A stretch of DNA of 63,783 nt, filler included, from Choristocarpus tenellus KU-1152 (lineage: Eukaryota; Protista; Phaeophyceae): assembly GCA_964200185.2 (NCBI GenBank). It is 14 parts of 14 records of this genome, joined end to end, with 100 filler letters (N's around TTAATTAATTAA, not from the genome) between each part and the next. Parts side by side here need not be neighbours in the genome. Positions count along the whole stretch, not along the records: positions 25,134 to 29,728 come from CAXNAD020013865.1; positions 29,829 to 35,727 come from CAXNAD020009470.1; positions 35,828 to 40,612 come from CAXNAD020013069.1; 11 more parts are not named here. The stretch is one strand, 5' to 3'. Both the position numbers and the translations under genes were made by a program. Below, piece after piece: positions 26,058 to 38,800 of this stretch. The notes under the pieces are model-generated. The model saw only the letters and a program-made list of their open reading frames with translations. It did not search any database and had not been told where the DNA came from. Numbering within the stretch: position 1 is the first letter of the stretch; the number at the start of each line of letters is the position of its first letter.

Positions 26058-27688
26058 GGATCCGTTGCCATTCCCATTGCCTCCACCCACAGCTTTTCAC
26101 TCTGTTCCTCTGTCTAGCCATCCAGCATTGAAATTATCTTCTCATTCAGGAGACCTAAAAGCATTCTCTCTGCCCCCCCGTTGTACTGCGGGTTCCCCAG
26201 GAGAGTATGGTCATGTGTGATCACTAGCTTGTCCAGCAATTCTTGGAAACTTTGTTGAAGAGCTTGGCGCATATAAGGCTTGTCGCCGAAAGCTAACAGT
26301 TGAGTTACATGGTAAAAAATATACTGAGTATAACGATCCTCACTCTTGTCCAAAGTCCTCGAGAGATCATGGGGTATCGACCTCTTCTTTGCCCCATCCA
26401 TACCAAATCTTTGACAAATATTCTTAATGTATCTCTTCTGACTCATGGTGACATAGTCTGTGCAATTCTGTCACGTGAAATCTCAAAACCCAGAAAATAC
26501 TCGAGATCACCGAAATCTTCTATAGAAAACTTCTTCTTGATTCTAGAGCGAACACCCAAATCAAAATGTCTTATACACCAGCTACTAAAAGGTCGTCTAC
26601 ATGGGGGGCTATCATAGCACAAACAACGCTATCTCTTATATGGCCTAACACACGGGGATCTGCTCTGCATTGCTCAAAACCACAGTGTTCCAAAACGTGC
26701 ACCAACAAAGTGTTAAGCTCCTTGCTAGCCTGTTTTGTGCCATAACAAGCTTTCACTAAACGCAAATCTTTCCTGACCATGTACCACATCCACAAAAACG
26801 AACAAATATTTCCTTTCTGATTTCTGCTCTACCAAAAGTCTGCCTGACATCCTAATGCATGAATCTTTGTCTGCACAGCTAGTGCTAAATATAATCCTAA
26901 AACATACAGACCGTATCATCAGGGCAAACATATCACAGAAAATCTAAATCCTTAGTCTCAAGCAAACCCTGTTGCTACTAGACATGCCGTTGTCTCACTA
27001 CCTTACCATGTTCATTTGAACTTGTGCTTGTGGATCTATCTGGTGTAAATTTCCCTGTGTCCAGCGAGTAACATGACCTCCACCGAACTGTCATTCAAAC
27101 AACAAACCAGACATCTCTTCTGCTCTAGTTCTATCCTATAAATCACATTCAGGAGAACTATGTGCTGTTCTTACAGTCTTAGGTTTGAGAGGGATATCGT
27201 CCGCCAACACTCTAATAGACTCATCACTCACACAAATAACAAGGGTAGTCTCAATGGAAAACAGACGAAACATATCAAACAATGCAACTCTTGAAAAACA
27301 AAACAGCAGCAAAATCAAAGGATTTTGCACAGCCACCAGGTGAAGTGCTGCAGAATGGTGACCTTCAGTGTCCAGCCTCCACTTCCTGAACTCTCACCAA
27401 TCCAGACCTCCATCCATAACATTAAACCTCTATCTCATACTCCCCTTGTACTCTCGATCAATCAGTCCAGGAGATACTATTCTCAACACCCCTCACCTCT
27501 TGGACTGAGAGTAGATACGGTGTGTCTCCTAATCCTCAGGGATGTGAAGGGAAATACGCAGATAGCAACAAATAAAAACACCGAAACTATCTCGTCCTTA
27601 TTCTTCAAACGGAGTATAGAGAGAGAAGATTGATGGCTATTTTTCGGGGCAAATGCGACAGACTCCAAAATAGCATGCACCCACTCAC

Positions 27689-27952
27689 GAGTGAAAGTGT
27701 CTCTTACAGGGTACGAGTTTGGCCCTGTTTGTCCATGTGGGGCTTTGGCTTCACACATGGGATTTTTTATGACAATTTCCTACTCCAAAATGTTAAGGAG
27801 TAGGTAAAATGTATACGTTATGAAAAGGTGTCTCTAAAACATAGATATTGACATTTCCTAACAAACACGATAGGCAAAATTACATCAAAAGCGTAACATT
27901 GGATTTTGACCCCCAAATGGACGCGGGTCTACCCTCTAAGATACTTTGGCTC
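27689..27952. mobile_element. MITE family A in copia
   Basis: TIRs present; TSD TCAC/TCAT. Confidence 0.92.
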
Positions 27953-27979
27953 TCATGAATCGCGGCCAATATTGAAATT

Positions 27980-28207
27980 GAGTCAACGTACCTTAAATGA
28001 TAGAGCCGTGTCCATTTGGGGGACAAAGTCCAATGCTGGAAGTTTGATTTAATTGTTAGGAGATGTCAATATCCTTGTTCTACACATCTTTTCATAACGT
28101 AAACATTTCACCTACTCCAAAACATAAAATGTCATTAAAACCGTGGGAAGCCAAGCCCCAAATGGACAAAAACGGAAAACCTCGTACCCTCTAAGATACG
28201 TTCACTC
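27980..28207. mobile_element. MITE family A in copia (internally deleted, opposite orientation to the neighbouring copy)
   Basis: TIRs present; perfect TSD AATT. Confidence 0.9.
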
Positions 28208-28625
28208 AATTCCAATCAATTTTGCCATACCCCACAATGGGTAGTAATGTGCCGTCAGCCACGAGCATGTTGTGGCCTTGTGGACATGTGGTGGAAGTCA
28301 TACATGTACGTCGAGTCTTTCGTCACAATATTGGAAGCCCCCGAATCAAAACACCATGTTTCGAAAACATTCAATCTCACCTTGCCATTGTCAGCCGCAG
28401 CGGCTAACATGGTCTTTTGTAATTCCTTCACTCCTGAGCTGGTTCATCTGGTTCAAGCTAGTATTGCCATCAACTTTAACGGTTTTGCCCTCCTCTGAGG
28501 GCACACTGCTTGCAGGTGACCATTCTTCCCGCAGCTGCAACACGGTCCTCCAAACGTACAATAACCGAAATGTCTGACGAATACACTTGGTCAGCCCCCT
28601 GGCACGGGATCCTGTCGTCCCAGGG

Positions 28626-28835
28626 CCTGTACGGAGATTAGTCGTACCTTGGCCGCCTCCTCGGCTGACCCTTTTTTGGCCCCTTGTCGAGCCCGTAGTC
28701 CCTACGGTGAGAGCACTCCCAGGCTCTCCACCTGTACGGAGACTAGTCGTACCTTGGCTGCCTCCTCAGCTGACCCGTTTTTGACTCCTTGTCGAGCTCG
28801 TAGTCGCTACGGCGAGAGCACTCCCAGGCTCTCCA
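28626..28835. repeat. 105-bp GC-rich tandem duplication
   Basis: Units start at 28626 and 28731 (CCTGTACGGAGA...CCAGGCTCTCCA), substitutions only. Confidence 0.93.
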
Positions 28836-28960
28836 CCATCTGCTACCTCTCTTGCAGAGAGAAATAGCGTGAACGAGCAGCTTGCTGAATCTTAGCTCTC
28901 GTACGCTCAATCTTATGATGATGCTGAAGGTATTGTTTGGTTGTGTGGTAGCTGTGCAAA

Positions 28961-29095
28961 GGGTCAAACTATCTGAGGGTGGGGGGTGGTTTGTGAGGGG
29001 GCGTCCGTTTCGGTCAAACACCTCTTTTTGTTCTGACATTTCAAATCCAACACGTGCGACCAAATCACACCAAAAAAGTGAAATCGAAAAAGGGA
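28961..29095. mobile_element. MITE family B variant (B2), one end only
   Basis: GGGTCAAACTATCTGAGGG..GGTTTGTGAGGGGGCGTCCGTTTC matches the reverse complement of 57959-58010. Confidence 0.7.
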
Positions 29096-29631
29096 AAGTT
29101 TATGAAGTAATCTGAGTTTTGTGGGCGGAAGAATTCTGGTTGGTTGGGGGCACAGGGCAAGGAAGGGGACAATAAAGAAATATAAGTATTAAGGAGGGAA
29201 CGAAGAGTTAAGATTGAGTGGTTAAGAAAATAGATGGCAGACGGAGGCACAAGGGGAGAAGGAACGAACAGTATTGAATCGAATGAGGAAACCTGAGGCT
29301 GGGGGACAGGACGAGGAAGGCTAGATCAAGAGGACCCCCGAGCAAGCTTTCCCGCGCACCCGCCCTGTCGCTTGCTCACGACCGACTTGGATGTCAGGGT
29401 GGGAAGGGAGGTTAAGTTCGGGCGGGGTAGACATCTTCTAGCTCAAAGGCACGGTATGAAGAGGATGATGAAGGGGGGTTCTTGGATGATTGTGGAGTGG
29501 TGTTGAGTGGTGTTGAACGGTGTGGTGGAGTGGTAACTGGTGTGGGGTTGTTGACTGGAATGGTAAGTGGGGTGGGGTTGACTGAAGTGGCAACTGGTGT
29601 GGGGTTGAGTGGGGTTGAAAGGGGTGGTAGA

Positions 29632-29728
29632 GACCGGAAATCAGTGGCGAAAGGGGTCGCACTGGTTGGTCATCAGATAGGGGGGGGTGACTGGAAATCA
29701 GGGGCGAAGCGGGTTCACCCTGGTTGGT
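29632..29728. repeat. 57-bp tandem repeat running into the contig end
   Basis: GAC(C/T)GGAAATCAG.GGCGAA..GG...AC.(C)TGGTTGGT at 29632 and 29689. Confidence 0.7.
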
Positions 29729-32128
29729 NNNNNNNNNNNNNNNNNNNNNNNNNNNNNNNNNNNNNNNNNNNNTTAATTAATTAANNNNNNNNNNNNNNNN
29801 NNNNNNNNNNNNNNNNNNNNNNNNNNNNGGGGGTGTTCTCGAAAGTCCTGGAAAGGTCTCGGAATTTTCTAGATTGCACAAGGTCGGTACAGAAGACCAT
29901 AATTGGCGTTCAGGTAGAATGGGAACGGACAAACAAGTATGACATTTTTTTTTTCTTTCATGAGTCGATAAGGTCTATCTAGAATTATCAGCGCACCTTG
30001 GAAGGGGTGTCACAATGGTGGATAACAAAAAAAAGTAAGCGGCCAAGAGGGTCAGCCTCAGAGGCACTGGCAGACATATTGATCAAGAGGTTAGGGGAAA
30101 CTGATGCCGGAGAGCAAATGGGGGGAAGTGTCAGAAATGAGGTTAGACTGCAAAGAGGTGCTTTCTGACGGGCAGGCAAGTGTACCTACCGCTGACCGTG
30201 TACTACCACTACCAGTATGTTCTTAACAGCCGTAATGGGCAAACTGAGGTGAAGGCTGTCAGCCTCGCAGCTGGAGTGGGATAAAATAATGTTGTTGTTG
30301 TTGTTGTTGTTGGGTTTGTTTTTTTCATTGTGAAAACTTGGGAAGGCAGAAAAGGGAACCTTTTGCACTTCTGGGTCTGGGAGGGGGGACTGTTCAAGTG
30401 GACTCCGAAAAGAGGCGCGAGGTCCTTAAAACACAACTCCACGAGACGGGGGACTCTCCATCTTTACACAGCACTCACTGGGAAATGATAAGTATGTTTT
30501 CTTCTTCCGATGGGATTTTGCGACCTGGGTGAAGACAAAGTTTGTGGTGGAACTCTCATTGAGGGGTCTGGGTGCCATTGCGAAGCAAGTAAGGTATGTG
30601 TAGAGAGAGGGTCAAATCAAGATCCTACCTCCGACAGAGGATAGGTAAGCACGTGTTTGCAGGTGCTTGGTTGAATACTCGGAGGAAGTTGCAAAGGAGG
30701 AGGTTGCAAAGGGGAGAGAGTGATTGCACAAGTGAGAGATCAGGTAAGGCTGGGGTGGTACGATGACCCTAACCCTACCTGGGATCGGATTGAGGATGGA
30801 TGGGAAACAGCAGACTGTGGAAAGTCGGTTTGCTCATGCTGAGAGGAAGATGACAAAATACAGCAACACAGAGGATAAGATATTGGAGGGACAAATATCT
30901 AACCTCACAAATGTTCCGGACCACCTGAAAGATCCGACAGAGTTAGCGATACCAGCAACGGATGTTGTAGAGGGGCGAGTAGACGAGATTTTGTGGGAGG
31001 ATTACAAGGTGCGGCTTGCGGTGGAAGATGGTAACAATGACAGCATCTAAGCTGACAAATTTGAGCCTGAATGTTTAAAATGGATATAAAAAGATGACTC
31101 ATCAACATTCAGAGTATTCCAACTATACTCAGATTACTCCAGGAATTTATTTCTGCACTGCCACCCAAAACGACTTGAGCCACCAAAAACATATCCTGTC
31201 TGTCAGCATTTTCGTGACATAGGTTTTGCATCAGATGAACAGGAAAAGCAATCGAGTGAATATGAAAACAACCAAACACCCCAAAAAACAGAAATGCTCC
31301 CTCTACACAGATAATGCACCCTATTCAATGTGAATTGAAGGTGTTACTATAGCTTGATTAATGTGTTAGAACGATAGCTCTCGATTTGTATATATTTCAT
31401 GGGATGAATCTATCTGTAGCAGATTTTATCGCAGTTTGAATGCCTCCAGTCTACTATATCGGACTATGGTATTTTCTTCAGGTTTGGCATAAAACGGAAT
31501 GTACGATGGGTTCCAGGTGGAGTTAGGACATCAAAACCAGATGGATTAGGCCCGACTTGCCCCCATGATTCCAATCATAATTTGTTTGTTGTCCAACTTG
31601 GAAAGATGGAGAATATATATATTAAAATCTAGAATATTAATTCCGTCTGTAACATTTAAAAAATATATATATATATTGTTTTGATTGTTATGGTTCTTTG
31701 AGACGAGATACACGAACTCCTCATGTCTGCCTCAACTTCACAACAAAATGAAGTACTGTTGCTGTGCTAAATGAGAAAGCTACTTACGGGAGGTGGATTA
31801 GGAAGGGTTCTATTGCTGATGGTCATTCCAACACCATCTCTCCTGTAGCCAGAGCAAAGGCAAATTACAGCAGAAGCTTTCACAAAAGAAGAGAAAGAAG
31901 CACAACAATGCTAGCTCAGCCTCTATTTTGTTGTTCAATTGTTTGTTAGATGCATAGTCAAGGGCCTTTTGCAATGTATGTAAGGGTAAGACATTGAGCT
32001 GTTGACAGATTTGTGGGTAGCGAATTAGCAATATGAGATAGAGCGTTGTAGACAACGAGAAGGAAGATGCATGTTAACGTTCCAAGGCAATATCTGAGAT
32101 TTATATCTGAAGGATAGTGAATCATCAC

Positions 32129-33158
32129 CTGTTGGCGATACTTTTCAAGCATACTATCATCGTCAAGGAGGTCATCCTCCATTTCATCAATCTCCTCCAG
32201 AGAAGCACAAGCAAGCTTATCCTCTAGGGTCAGGTTATTCAGTCGATCCACTTCTGCCTCCCGCGCCTTGCTCTGGGACAGGTTTGCAGGGGTGTAGGGG
32301 GAAGAGGGTGCAACGGTGGTTTGGGTCTCTCAGGTGTGGATCGTTCGGCACCCTTGGAACTGGAGTCCCCAGTTAGATGGGCAGGTTACATAGAAAGACA
32401 GCGAGTTGACAGCGCATGTTTTGAGTCGACGTGATCGAGGTATAAAAGTCGAGGGTGTAATTGTGCGCGTGGTGGAGGAATGAGTGAAAGGAGGGAGGGA
32501 GGAGGGGATAACACACGCTAGCCCTCGTAACTAGGCTTTCGAAGGACGATGGACATTCCTGTGGGGGAATGGGTACGTCGATATACGAAGGAAGATAAAA
32601 GTGGAGTACTGTTGGCTTGTTAGCACCCTAAGGAGTCAACATAAAGTCTAAAAGAAAGTAATAATCAAAATTTTCAATTACGAACCCACCCCTTCCACTG
32701 TAGTTTGCTACAGAAGATGCTGTGCGTGATAGGGCTGTAGATTGCTTTTCAGAAGGCAAAGTACGTCGATAAAGGGACCTCTGGTATTCTAAGTGAGAAT
32801 GCGGAGAATTCGTCAAGTTGTGGACAGAAAATCAGGCCCAAGCCACTCCGCAGCACGACGACTTACTATGGCTTCCTCCAGGCGTCTCTCATCTGGGTCT
32901 ATCCCTTTGCCTCTTAGCACGTCATCCTTCTCCACTATTCCCTTCTTAATCAGGATATCCTGCATACACAAGAAAACGGTGGCGTGCAGGTAGACATACG
33001 GTCATGATGGGGTGAGAACGGGGGTCGAACGCCCAAGGAAGTGTAGACCTGAAGCCTCCAACTCGAATTGATGGTAATATTTTGAGCAATCCACTGCATA
33101 CCTCCCACTCTGTTGTTTCCCCCGTAGGTGCATACTGAGCTGCACCACGATCTGCCAT
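32129..33158 (-). CDS. Phosducin-like protein (PhLP2/PDCL3 subgroup), first three exons: 33102-33158, 32867-32959, 32129-32272
   Basis: GT-AG phase-0 joins give MADRGAAQYAPTGETTEWE|DILIKKGIVEK..EEAI|SKARE..LEEIDEMEDDLLDDDSMLEKYRQQ. TEWEDIL.KKGI and EDD..LE.YRQQ are typical of PhLP2 N-termini. No thioredoxin-like domain found in this contig. Confidence 0.88.
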
Positions 33159-34550
33159 GACTGATTGCACCTAGCTAACAAAGGCGCGGCGATGTACTGC
33201 CCTGGAAGAGAGAACAGAGTAGAGGGTGACAATGAAACAAAGGAGAAAGCAGGAGTGTTTAAAGAATAGGAAGGCTTTATGAGAGCTACTATTAATGGAT
33301 TCAAAAATCTGAACCACCTTTTTGTATTTGTGACTTGTGGGTTGCGACTTCCAGCTTGTGGTGCCCTGATTAGCCCATACTCGATTACGGGGAGCATTGT
33401 TGTGGACCAAGGATGAAATTCGTCGCTCTTGTAAGTGGGGGAAAGGACAGCTGCTACAATGCTATGGAGGTGAGAGTGAGACAATGCAAGCCCATCAAAG
33501 ACCATGTGATCCCTGTAAAGTTCTAAGCAAAGCATCCACATTCCTGTCTTCTTGTGCCCGATTTCTCTTGTATCGCTTTAATTTTTGTCACACTTGAGGT
33601 TGGAGGTCTCATCTGATTGGCGTAGTAGTAATCATATGCGACTCGAGTCCTTCCTAATCAGTACCTTGGACGGACCATCAATCTTGTTGCTTCATCTCTC
33701 ATGCGTGGGACTCTCTGTCGCTCACAGCGATGAGGTTACTCATGTAATCTCCGCTGTCCTCCATCAAGCACAGTAGATCAAGTTATGTTGCGACCCAGGG
33801 CGCCATGCGAAGAGGGTTTTTCGGGGGGTGTTGTCGTCAGTAACTTCCTCTATCAATCTGTTGTCCCCCATTGAATCAGTCTCTCAGCGATCCACACTAC
33901 TCAGAGAGATGCTAGGCAGGTGGGCAATCAGTCGTTATTCCTCCAGTTAAAGGTTTAAAAAAATAATTTTCAAGTGTTACCTTCCACTTACTAGACGAGG
34001 AATGCAATAATTACGCTGTCCCCTGTGCCTATCCTCCTCTCACTCCTTCGTTTGTATTCCCCCCTTTCATTTGTAACAGTGTGTTCGACATGGTCATGAG
34101 CTTGTGTGCCTAGCCAACCTGTACCCTCCGTCAGATGTGCAAGACGAAGCTGACAGCTTTATGTATCAATCAGCAGGGCACACAGCCATTGAGGCCCTAT
34201 CCGAGTGCTTTGGAAAGCCCCTTGTCCGCAGGTGTGTTTTGGGGGGGATACTGCTTGTATAAAGAAATTGTGCATTATCATCAGTGCGTCTGACTTGATG
34301 GCTCTAATGAGCAAGAAGTACAAATCTTTTATCTTATAGGTGTAATGATCCTTGGAGATTATTTGCATATGCATGACACTAGCTCTACACCTGTGAAGAC
34401 TACTACAATATTGTTACATACTTTGTAGCAATTTTTTAGTATCATCTACAATTCCTTTCAATATTTGCGGTTTCAGGACTGAGTCGCTTCTGGTCAACAA
34501 ATGCTTGATCAAATTAAATTTGAGACATAATTTTACTCCACGAAGGCAAA

Positions 34551-34598
34551 TATACACACGCGCGTACGCGCGCGCGTACACACACACACACACACACA
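34551..34598. repeat. Alternating purine-pyrimidine tract (CG/CA)n
   Basis: tatacacacgcgcgtacgcgcgcgcgtacacacaca... Confidence 0.85.
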
Positions 34599-35827
34599 GC
34601 TCTTATATACCTTGAACTATGTACGTATCTGTGCAGGTCACAGAGAGTTGCCATTCTGTGCCTGATAAGTAGAAGAGCTTCTAACATCTTGAAAACATTA
34701 AGTATAAACTGTCAAAACGTACTCTGAACCATTAAACTAAATTCAAGGTGTGCTGTGTCCTAGCAGTAGGCATGCTTTTTAACACTGAACTCTCAAGACT
34801 TTTGATAATCACAGGAAAGTTTTGAGTGTGGACGGGGCGGTGTTTGTCAAGCTATGTAAGTGTTTTGTTTGGCGGCGGAGCCAAGCAATACAGACATTAC
34901 TTGTAGAGTCAACACAACCAACTGCGCACACATACAACCCCAGAGGGTCCATTCCCTCACACCAACCCAAACCCCTTTTTCGTGCTGCATTGCGTCCCCA
35001 TCCAAGACGTAAAGATCTAGACATGATCAGAAGCTAGATCCAACTCCCCTCACCCTTGATCCCAATCCAACACAACCTGATCCAACCCAGATTTTTTTTC
35101 TCCCACCAAGATCCTAACCCTGATCCTATATATATATATATATGCAATCTCCAGTCATCAAGCTCGCTCAGATACCCAGTCCCAAGTTCCACTCCCACCG
35201 CGCCCAGCCTCAGTCTGTGCTTGTGTCTCAGTCGTAGAACCGATCAGGAAACACAATCCAGCATTCCCATTGTAGCCCAATACAGACAAGCCTTCTTGTC
35301 CCGGTCCCAATTGCTTCAACCTTGAGATCCGCTTGCTTGGGTCGGTGGTATGCTAGGTCGTGGAGTGGTACGCTAGACTAGTAGTGTACACAACCGTCTC
35401 CTTCCGTGTTGGAAATGGAATGAGTCGAGGTTTCTTTGATGCGATTTCTTCTTTTTTATTTATGTGACAAGAGCCGCGAGGGACGATGAGGGAGATTTTT
35501 AAGATGTCCAGTTCCCATCTCCAGGGCACTCACCGGAAGGGCACTGAACCAGTCTCTCCAGTATGCCCCTACAGAGGAAGACGAGGTGGAAGATCTACTG
35601 AAGCTGCTCGTTGAAGTCAAGGTGCCCGAGGGGAGGAGAAAGGGGGGGGGGGGGGGGGGGGGGAGGGGAGGGGGGGGGGGGGGAGGAGGAAAAGGGGAAA
35701 AAAAGAAAAATGGTTTATAAAAATATANNNNNNNNNNNNNNNNNNNNNNNNNNNNNNNNNNNNNNNNNNNNTTAATTAATTAANNNNNNNNNNNNNNNNN
35801 NNNNNNNNNNNNNNNNNNNNNNNNNNN

Positions 35828-38800
35828 ACTGAGAGAGCAGAGAGTTGGGGAAGCTTGCCCCCCCTCCGATTCATTCGTTGTAGACAATGACGAGTCAGAC
35901 CTCAAAAAGGAGAGAGGTGAGGATGATTCCATGGAGAAGCCCGAGGACTGAACAAGATGGAGGTCAGAAGTCACAGTGGGGTTGCCTTGAGAGCGCTCTT
36001 TTACTAGGTCATCATAGGTGCCGTTTGTTGTGAGGGTGTATGGGTTGATGGGTGCAGAGTCCTTGACACAAGGGGCAAGGGTAGTTAGGCCAGAACTAGC
36101 ATTGAGAGGTAGTCTCCAACTGGGTTTCTTCCTTATTACCCAGTTACTGAAGCACGAGAGAAAGTCTGCTGGCTCTGAGCCAGATTCCACCTGCAATGAT
36201 GTACAGGCAAGGGTATGAATGTGGGCACAGGTGCGGACAAAATGTGTCAAAGTTCATTACTCTATAGTAGTACGTTTTGTTACATGTGCTCGTCGTACAG
36301 GGTTTAACATTCTTTGATATGATATTGATTGCGGTATGCTATGTGGTGATGGGTCATCGTGAGGTGTGTTGGGACAAGGTAAAGGAAGCTGTGGCACGGT
36401 GAATAGAGTCATTGCTGAGAGAACTGAACTTGGGACATGTGGTATAAAGACTGGAGTAGTAAACAAGAGTGAGAGGATATTCCCTAGAGTACAATAGAGT
36501 GGAGGCGAGGAGCAGTGGAGAGGTGAGACCAAGAGATGACAGATAACCTGCAGTGAGGGCAGGAGGAATTGGTACATTGAGCCGACTCTTGTGACAACCA
36601 CTAGAAAAGGTGTATTGAAATGTGATGGAGCAGAGTGAGATATCTTGGTCAGAGAGCTGAGTGAGTACAGATGGGGGGGTCATAATCACAACAACTAACG
36701 TTATCTATTTCGACTACACTCCATTATCCCCTATGACTGTCCCCCACCTTTTCTATTTTTATAAATCATATTCTCCCCCCACCTGCAGCAGGACGGGTGT
36801 AAAGACAGGTGACACATTGACCCCAACAAGTGTGGAGGATACGAAGACCTTGGCAATTCTCACACACAGCTCACGAGAGGCAGAGGAGGCATGTTCCCCA
36901 TGCCAGGCATATACAGCATCGCTCCCAGTGTCAAGGAGGAAGCAATAGTCCTATGGAGCAAAATAACAAAGATGTGCTCCCGGTCTCAAGTCAGTGCAGT
37001 GCGTTTTCATATTATGTTTCCCTTTAGGACAGGACAACTTATCAATAACCCGTGGGTGATGAAATATTTGAAATATCCTTAAAACCTTCCAGTAAGGCTT
37101 TACTGAAACACTACAAAGTGGTCACCACAAGTAAGATCTTGGCTTTTATCTAGTCGAATGATGAGGAATATATTGTTGCTCTCCTCACAGTCGGCACACT
37201 ATACTGATTGTATGGAGGCCGCATCTCTATATTTGTCTCACCTGCATCAGGTCGTCCTGTGAGAATACTCCAAGTGGTCCCACTTCACGCACATATGCTG
37301 GCCAATAAGGTGCTTCCCGAATACCTCTTCCTCCTGTCCCACCCCTAACTCCACCCTCACCTACTGTCCCGCTGATGCCTGACTTACAAGCGTCAGAGTC
37401 ACAAGCATTGGTCGCCTGTACATGGTTTGACCGGTAGTTTTCCAGGGCCAACAGGTGGTCCACAACAAAGAGCCGTACAGGCCTCATGGTACGCAATTCA
37501 AGCCCTTCCATTGAGGTATTTGCGAAATTAATGCCCAGACCCTGAACAGGGATTAGTCCAGCAAGAGGGTGATATGATTGGGAACAGACCGAGAACTGGG
37601 GGGATAGCTTTGCTGAAAATATAGGCATAATCATGATGGGAGTGATCGACAAGTTATGGCAACACAATAAAAACAAGTAGGAATAAAACGCAACACTTGA
37701 GACCACAAAGAAGTGGACCAATGAAAGCGACAGCATATAATCGATAGGTCTTCCTGTTTTAGGACTAAACCCTCTACATCAGAAGCTCAAAGTTGAGAAG
37801 GGCTTGTCTGTTCATGAAAAATGCTTCCACGTACTTCATAGTAGCAAAAATCCTACATCATCAGCGTGGAGAACATGTATGGAATTAAGCATGGAAGGAT
37901 GCGAAGCAACGAATGACCTGTTGCTCAAATGTCGTCAGCAGTTTCTATTTTTAGCACAGGAGCACACACCACTGATCCAATCCCTCAACTGGCCACCTTC
38001 ATTCCGCCTACTCAACCTACCTTCCAGAATTCCTCTGATATCCTCATGTCTGGGCTAAGGTGCTGGACGAAGCCACGACAAAGGCCTGGTGGCACCCCAA
38101 CCTCATTCTTATCCTGCCCTCGTCCACCACCTCCTTTCAATCCCGACTCAGCCTTCTTGCTTCCAAACTCAGTAGAGCATTTCATATTCTTCCGCTTAGA
38201 CTTACTTTTTGCCCACCGAGGGGGTGGGAATAGAAGGTGTGAGTTGCCGAGAAGGTGGCAAAGCAGGCCATTTGCAGCATCTCCCTCGTCATACCCATGC
38301 CACAAATACATGTTCTCAAAGGAATGCGCACAGTTGTCAGGGTGTTGAATAATGATGTAGCTCTTGCCAGGATCCAGACCGCTGGTGGGAGGGAGAGGAA
38401 ATTTGGGGGCCAAGTCAGAGGAACATGATGTAAGGTGTATGGTGGATTGTTGTGGATTCCCTGCCTGAGGAAGGGTGTGAAATTGTTGACAGCATGATAG
38501 ATGCTGAACACCTTGCCAAGGTAGCCCAGAGCAGAGTATAAGGTAGGTAGGGAGGTGACCAATTAGATGGGTCACACTCACACTGCTGCCGTCCCTGAGT
38601 TGATCTGTGTGCAAATGACACTCTTGGGGTCAGTGAACGGGAACCTCGGCCTCTGGATCACCTCAAATACCTTTGCACGTGTCACCTGGGGTAGCTGCTG
38701 CCTCTGCCACTCCCCTTTACCTATTCCTGGTAGCATACTATCTTCTCCAGCCACATCATCAATCCTGGTTTCACCCTTTGTTCCTACGTCCATCCCCAGG

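Larger units (their letters stand above)
26100..28580 (-). mobile_element. Degenerate Ty1/copia element (gag zinc knuckle, protease, RT)
   Basis: CCSCGKNGHLQAVCP (CX2CX4HX4C) at about 28500-28545; a degraded DSGAS protease motif near 28335-28350; RLVKACYGTKQAS..GFEQCRADP..HVDDLLVAG and GDLEYFLGFEI..SQKRYIKNICQRFGM (copia RT). Confidence 0.9.

Noticed and set aside
30190-30524. Two phase-compatible minus-strand exon candidates (30479-30524, 30190-30270)
   Set aside because: Neither frame resembles phosducin or any family I recognise, and the region also looks like a decayed plus-strand ORF. Too weak to call.
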